NCBI GenBank assembly: GCA_048772705.1
Contig: JBLWGC010000230.1
Span: forward strand, 558,001 to 622,000
Length of the DNA: 64,000 nt
Direction of reading: 5' to 3'
DNA from: Leidyana gryllorum EB-2025a
Taxonomy: Eukaryota; Protista; Apicomplexa
How positions within the stretch are numbered: position 1 is the stretch's first letter; every line of letters begins with the position of its first letter. Shown piece after piece: positions 59,038 through 64,000 of this stretch. The translations under genes and the position numbers were made by a program. The notes under the pieces are model-generated. The model was given only the letters and a program-made list of their open reading frames with translations, was not told the DNA's origin and did no database searches.

Positions 59038-60779
59038 ATGGTCTGGTCCGCTACGACTTCATCCGACGGGAAGGGTGCTTGGCTCTCAGCAACGCAAAGC
59101 TCAGACAACCTTGCTGAGCTTGGAACAGGTAGTGCTTTGGTCAAAGCAGGAGGAAGACTAGCAAGAATACGAGAAGATGTGCCTGAGCAGGCACTAAACA
59201 ACGCATTACACTTTTCGATGTCATCTCCAGATTTGGCCGGCAACTACCAGCAATGGCAGCAGCGGATAGGGAATGTTGAACATGTTGGGGAGGACTCGCC
59301 TCCATCGGAGGCGCCGCCCCCCACTCCTGCTACCCCGCCGCAGCCAGCACCTACGTCGGCTGAGACAAGTACGCCTGCCGGGCCGCGGGCCCGTGACCAG
59401 TTTTTCAAGACCAAAATCTGCATACCCTTTACCGCGGGGCATTGCCGGAGAGGAAAGACATGTTGGTAAGTGATTCTATCGAGAGTTAGTTCCACGCTTT
59501 ATGTTGCTCAGTTTTGCTCACGGAACTCAGGAGCTGCGACACCCACTGAATCTTCAAAAGACTAAACTCTGCGACGCATGGCTCAAGGGGAGTTGTACGA
59601 ACGATAACTGCTGTAAGTTCGCGTCTTTCCTCGACTTCCGAAATTCGATTAATGAGGTTGTTGTATTCTTCATTTCTGTGTACTTGGTGACGACTCGTTG
59701 TGAATGCGACGTTGCATATGTGTTATTTGGGAGTATCGCTGTCAATGTTGTTGACTTATTAATGGAATTAACTGTGGAGGTGGCCGTTGTTGGTCTGAAG
59801 TCTCTTAGCACCCTAATTGAATGTAACTGATTTTCAGCTTTTGCACATGGTGAAGGCGAGTTACGAGCAACGGCGGATTACTACAAGACTGGGCTCTGTA
59901 AATACTGGAAGCGGGGACTGAAATGCGAAGCCGGGCCGGACTGCCGGCATGCGCACGGAACCCAAGAATTGCGACCTCGAAGGTAAGGAAACACGCCTCA
60001 GCTCTCTCTACTGAAATAGGTACCGAAGGACGGAAAGGGATAAAAAGGAAGTAGCTCCTTCTTCTCAAGATAGTAGCCACAAGGAGGACAGATTACATGG
60101 TGATGTGATGAGTCCTCGAACAAGCGGCACCCGAGTTCCGTCGCACAACGATTTATACAACTATATTGAGGAGCCAACACACCTGACTGCAGAACAGCCC
60201 CAAGGTTGCTGCACAGCGTCTGCTGGCGACCCCGACTTAACGCCGCTTCTGGCAGGCAAGGTTCACTCAACGCACGACTTGAAGGATCTGGAGGACGCCG
60301 TTGACAAATTGTTGACCGATGGCGGGCTGTTTAATCTGACCACTAGTCACAGCCAACCGATTTTGGCGCGTTCGACGTTGGAGATGCCCTCTAGAAGATG
60401 TACTGAGTCACCATCATTTTTGGCGTCGAGTTTGCAGCCATCTTCCCGTGTTGAGCCACTGCCTAATACTGAGTCTACTAAGCAAAGTTACCCACATTGG
60501 CGTATTGTGACGTCGGCTCACCCGATGTTCGACGCCAGCGACGTGGTGACAATAGTAATTGATGACAGATACGTCCAATGCAATATAATGGAAGAGAAGC
60601 GTTTAACTGCTTCGCAGTTTGCTACCGTCACCCAGTCTTTCTGCACCACATCAAGCGTTGGAAGTGCCGCGGATACTTGTGTGACTGACGCTGCAGCTGG
60701 ACTCAATTTGAGCGAGATCCTGCGCATCTTTAGCCGTACAAAGTTCAACGAAGTCGACGGATCAACAGGCACCGCTTAA
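59038..60779 (+). CDS. Triple CCCH zinc-finger RNA-binding protein, spliced
   Basis: FFKTKIC-x8-C-x5-C..FAHG, LQKTKLC...FAHG, YYKTGLC...CRHAHG. Confidence 0.9.
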
Positions 60780-60901
60780 GACACGCGTGTGTTTACATCG
60801 TGTGCCGGACGAGACGAGCTGACTAAGCTTCACATATGCCCCTATAGCCAGATCTTCAACAAGTGTTCGTTCTGTGGTGCAGCCCGGCGTAGGTGTGTGC
60901 T

Positions 60902-62992
60902 ATGCCTTTTTCTTTGTTCCTCCTGGCCGTGCCTTTCCTGTGGGCACGAGCAGGAGCTCGTGGACCCACCCCTTTAGTGGGAACTGCTCTTGTTAGGACC
61001 TCTCCCAGACCCGAACATCCGCCTCACTACAAGGTGCGCGAGATCGTCATCCAAGCTGAGCCGGATCGATCATGCCCGAGCGGATTTGAGCAGAGCGGGG
61101 CCAACTGCTTAGCAGTGGAGTCCATCCCGCCCACCCAGCAATGCCCGCCTGGTTGGCAATATAGTGATGATCGCTCCTTCTGTATTGGGTACTCAGCTGT
61201 CGATCCTGAGCACTCTTGTGATCTTGGTCAGCCAGGATATGAGTCTTGTATTCGTCAGAAAAGCGTCCCTAAGGTCCTTGTTTGCCCAGAAGGCTTCCTG
61301 CTGAAGAAGAACCTCAAGGAGTGCGTGCGTGACATCCCTCATGCTCCTTTAGAAGTTTGCCCTCCTGGAGTACGGTACGCTCATGGATCTTGCATCACCG
61401 TTAGAACAGAGATGCCCCATACTCGTTGCCCCCACGACTTCCAGTTAGTGGACGGGTCTTGTCAGAAGGTGATCAGACAACCTATCTTACGTGTCTGCCC
61501 TCCTGGCTACACGGCCAACGGAAAGAAAGGGGAGTGCGAACGTACAATTGTCCAGCAGCCTTCTAGGCGGTGTCCAGCTGGTTTTGATTTAAAGGGCGGT
61601 GACTGCGTGGCCGAACGTCATGCTGCCCCGACCTTTGTCTGCACCAAGGGAAAGATGGCTGAGGGCAACAATTGCGTCATCAGCCATTCTGCCAGTCCGC
61701 AGATCGCTTGCTCCAAAGGAATGCAGCTCAATCCTAAGTCTGGAATGTGCGAACGAGATGATGTTAAGCCTCCTCTTGCCGAGTGTACCAAAGGCACCTT
61801 GTACAACCCCATCACCAACCAGTGCGGTTCAGCTAACAAACTCAAACAGCCCAACTTAGCTTGCCCCCCGAACTATCGCTTTGTTGGAAAAACATCATGC
61901 GTTCAGCACCAGCAGGAGGCCCCTCAGAAAGTTTGCCCACCGGGATACGAACTGATCGGCAAGGAGGAGTGCCGCCGTCAAGAGAACAAACTTCCGCAAG
62001 GCCGTTGCCCTCGTGGTAGCCAGCTGATTGGCAAATTCTGTGTGTCTGTTCAAACCGCCCCCTTCGAATTCCTGTGCGAAAAGGGCGCCGTCTTGACTGG
62101 CAAACAATGTCTCAGCAAAGCCACTGCTCAACCCACCATTAAGTGTCCCAGCCCCTTAACGCTCTCTCCTGACGGAACCGCTTGTTTGGGCAGTGAAGAT
62201 GTGGCACCTACTGTTGCCTGTCCTCCCAACACGTCGCAACGTGCGGATGCGAACGGACTATTGTGTATGGTGGCCAGCGAGGAGCCTGCTGCCCGCAGTT
62301 GTCCTCCGAATATGCTTATGGTCAACGGCGAGTGCATTGAGCGCATTGCTGCTCAGCCCAGCACTGCTTGCCCTCCTGAGTACTTTGAGGATTTGCGTAC
62401 TGGTCGGTGTTTCAGCAGCGAGGAGGCACCTCAGCGTGCTTTCTGCCCTGTTGGATTCAAGCTGGTCGGGAACCGATGTTTGAAGCGCGAGCAGACTCCA
62501 CTGGTTCCCATTTGCCCTCCGACGTTCACGTTGACGAAGGGAGTTGGTGAGGATTTGATCTGCGCCAAGGAGACTGTGGTTCCGTTCCTTGAGCTTTGCG
62601 CATTTGGCTTCCAGTTAGAGAACGGAGTATGTCTGGCGAAGAAGCTTCAGTACGAGTTTGATGAGCACGACGTCGAGGAGCAGGGACCTGAGGAGAAATT
62701 GAAGGACATTGAGAGTCCGATGCCGACGGCTATGCCTCAAGTTACAGAAGCCGATATTGAAGTGAAGATCGATCGCCCTATCGTACAGAAAGGTTTGGTT
62801 ATGAGGAATGAGCCGATCGTCCTGAGCGGTCCAGCGAGCGAGGTTGCCAGAAAGCAGGCCATATTGGCTGCTGGAGGTAGCATTGCTGATTTGGGTGCCG
62901 ATGTTCAGGTCGAGTACGCGCCTCCTCAGCCAGCTGCTCGCAACACGAACAACCTGGGAGCTTTATTGGCGGCTAGCATGAGTCACCATTGA
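60902..62992 (+). CDS. Oocyst wall protein-like (COWP/OWP-type Cys repeats), intronless
   Basis: Signal peptide MPFSLFLLAVPFLWARA; about 22 units of C-P-x-G-(F/Y)-x-L-x2-4-C with ~23 aa spacing. Confidence 0.88.
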   Translation: MPFSLFLLAVPFLWARAGARGPTPLVGTALVRTSPRPEHPPHYKVREIVIQAEPDRSCPSGFEQSGANCLAVESIPPTQQCPPGWQYSDDRSFCIGYSAVDPEHSCDLGQPGYESCIRQKSVPKVLVCPEGFLLKKNLKECVRDIPHAPLEVCPPGVRYAHGSCITVRTEMPHTRCPHDFQLVDGSCQKVIRQPILRVCPPGYTANGKKGECERTIVQQPSRRCPAGFDLKGGDCVAERHAAPTFVCTKGKMAEGNNCVISHSASPQIACSKGMQLNPKSGMCERDDVKPPLAECTKGTLYNPITNQCGSANKLKQPNLACPPNYRFVGKTSCVQHQQEAPQKVCPPGYELIGKEECRRQENKLPQGRCPRGSQLIGKFCVSVQTAPFEFLCEKGAVLTGKQCLSKATAQPTIKCPSPLTLSPDGTACLGSEDVAPTVACPPNTSQRADANGLLCMVASEEPAARSCPPNMLMVNGECIERIAAQPSTACPPEYFEDLRTGRCFSSEEAPQRAFCPVGFKLVGNRCLKREQTPLVPICPPTFTLTKGVGEDLICAKETVVPFLELCAFGFQLENGVCLAKKLQYEFDEHDVEEQGPEEKLKDIESPMPTAMPQVTEADIEVKIDRPIVQKGLVMRNEPIVLSGPASEVARKQAILAAGGSIADLGADVQVEYAPPQPAARNTNNLGALLAASMSHH

Positions 62993-63148
62993 AGGAAGAT
63001 CGCATGTATAGTTGGTATATCGTCGATCGTACATACAATGAATTCTTCTATGATACATAATGTCAATGGTTAATGCGTGCCGAGTGACGTGAAACACAGA
63101 CAATGAAATGGCGCTGTCTTTCATTAATAATGACGCGAGTTGTCGTGA

Positions 63149-64000
63149 TTAGAACTTGTCCTTTTTGGCTCTGAGTTGTGCGAGGAGTTGCACAGCGTCG
63201 CCCGCGAAGTCTGGCATCTTGTCTGAGCACTGTACAGCGCGGACGAAAGGATTGTAAGATAGTTCCTGCGGAGTGTTGAAGAAGTGTGTGAGTATGGGGA
63301 CAATGGGTATTTTATTTTACCTCAGCAAGAGTGGACGGTACAGCGGGGATCTGTTGAGCTCTGCGTTGTTGCACTTGGGTCAGTTTGTTGTCGACGGCGT
63401 CATTTTGGGGGTCGACATGTTTGGCAAACCTTTCGGTGAGCAATAATTATTAGAAGTGAAAGGCGGTGATGTGACTCACTTGAGATTGGATTCAGAGTAT
63501 TCGTGTCCGGGGAATACGAAGGCTTGTTGGGGTACTTGTTGGTATAGTTTCTGAATGGATTGTTGCATATTTTGTGCAGTTCCCTCGAAGAAGCGGCCAC
63601 AGCCCGCAAGGAAGAGGAAGTCTCCGGTGAAGATGAGAGGGGTGGTGTCATCGTTGCCTTTGACAAAATAGGCGATGTGTCCCATGGTGTGAGCCGGTAC
63701 GTGGATAGCAGTGATGGTTAGAGAGCCGACATTGACGGTTTGGCCATCTGTGAGGGTGTGGGTGGCGCCTGGAGTTTGCTCGTAGGCGCTGCCGTAGATG
63801 GGGACCTCGGGGTACTTTTTGTGGAGAGCGGCATTCCCGTCTGAGTGGGTGTGATATGATTCCAAAGTAGTGATTACCTGAGTGGTCGTGATGGTGGTGT
63901 GTTGTGAGTATGGCTGCGAGTTTGGGTGTTCCTATTTTGTCGATGAGGGATGTGAAGCGGGAGGGGTCTGCGGCATCGACGAGGAAGAAGTTTCCCGATT
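63149..64000 (-). CDS. HAGH: Glyoxalase II (hydroxyacylglutathione hydrolase), 5'-truncated, spliced
   Basis: THHHHDHS, HTMGHI, FTGDFLFLAGCGRFFEG, PGHEY, YNPFVR, LRAKKDKF*. Confidence 0.95.

Noticed and set aside
1-64000. Stop-codon reassignment or selenocysteine to explain fragmented ORFs
   Set aside because: Breaks are resolved by GT-AG introns, and TAA, TAG and TGA all end conserved proteins at expected positions.
1-64000. tRNA or rRNA genes
   Set aside because: None recognised by eye; tRNAscan-SE and Infernal would be needed to exclude them.

Overview
Extremely gene-dense eukaryotic DNA in the standard genetic code. It holds about 35 genes, most split by 33-55 nt GT-AG introns, and many intergenic gaps are only 6-90 nt. 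Two oocyst-wall-like Cys-repeat proteins and an AP2-domain protein point to an apicomplexan, most plausibly a gregarine-type lineage (inference). Recognisable genes: ABCA transporter, PCH2/TRIP13, sugar porter, CEP76/CC2D2A-like protein, RPAC1, importin-7/8, ARP4-like, two tandem prenol/dolichol-kinase-family paralogs, proteasome beta-6, eIF3c, VMP1, two PRMTs, HAD protein, ZnT, inositol polyphosphate kinase, RNASEK-like, ALG1, LCAT/PLA2G15, XPB, two CCCH proteins and glyoxalase II. Highlights: (1) an intact stand-alone Ty3/Gypsy-type Gag capsid gene with no pol or LTRs, directly followed by a predicted myristoylated single-TM microprotein with FAST-fusogen-like architecture, a candidate domesticated capsid plus membrane-protein module; (2) an AP2 domain hidden across two introns and fused to an F-box; (3) 32-46 nt head-to-head spacers and 6-42 nt head-to-tail gaps, nearly all with a short A/T tract; (4) a TAF1C/Rrn6-like beta-propeller; (5) tandem kinase paralogs separated by an in-frame TGA plus 6 nt; (6) a ~1980-aa orphan; (7) a recurrent CACACG(CG)TGTG palindrome. 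All family calls come from motif recognition by eye and exon boundaries were inferred manually; no searches were run.
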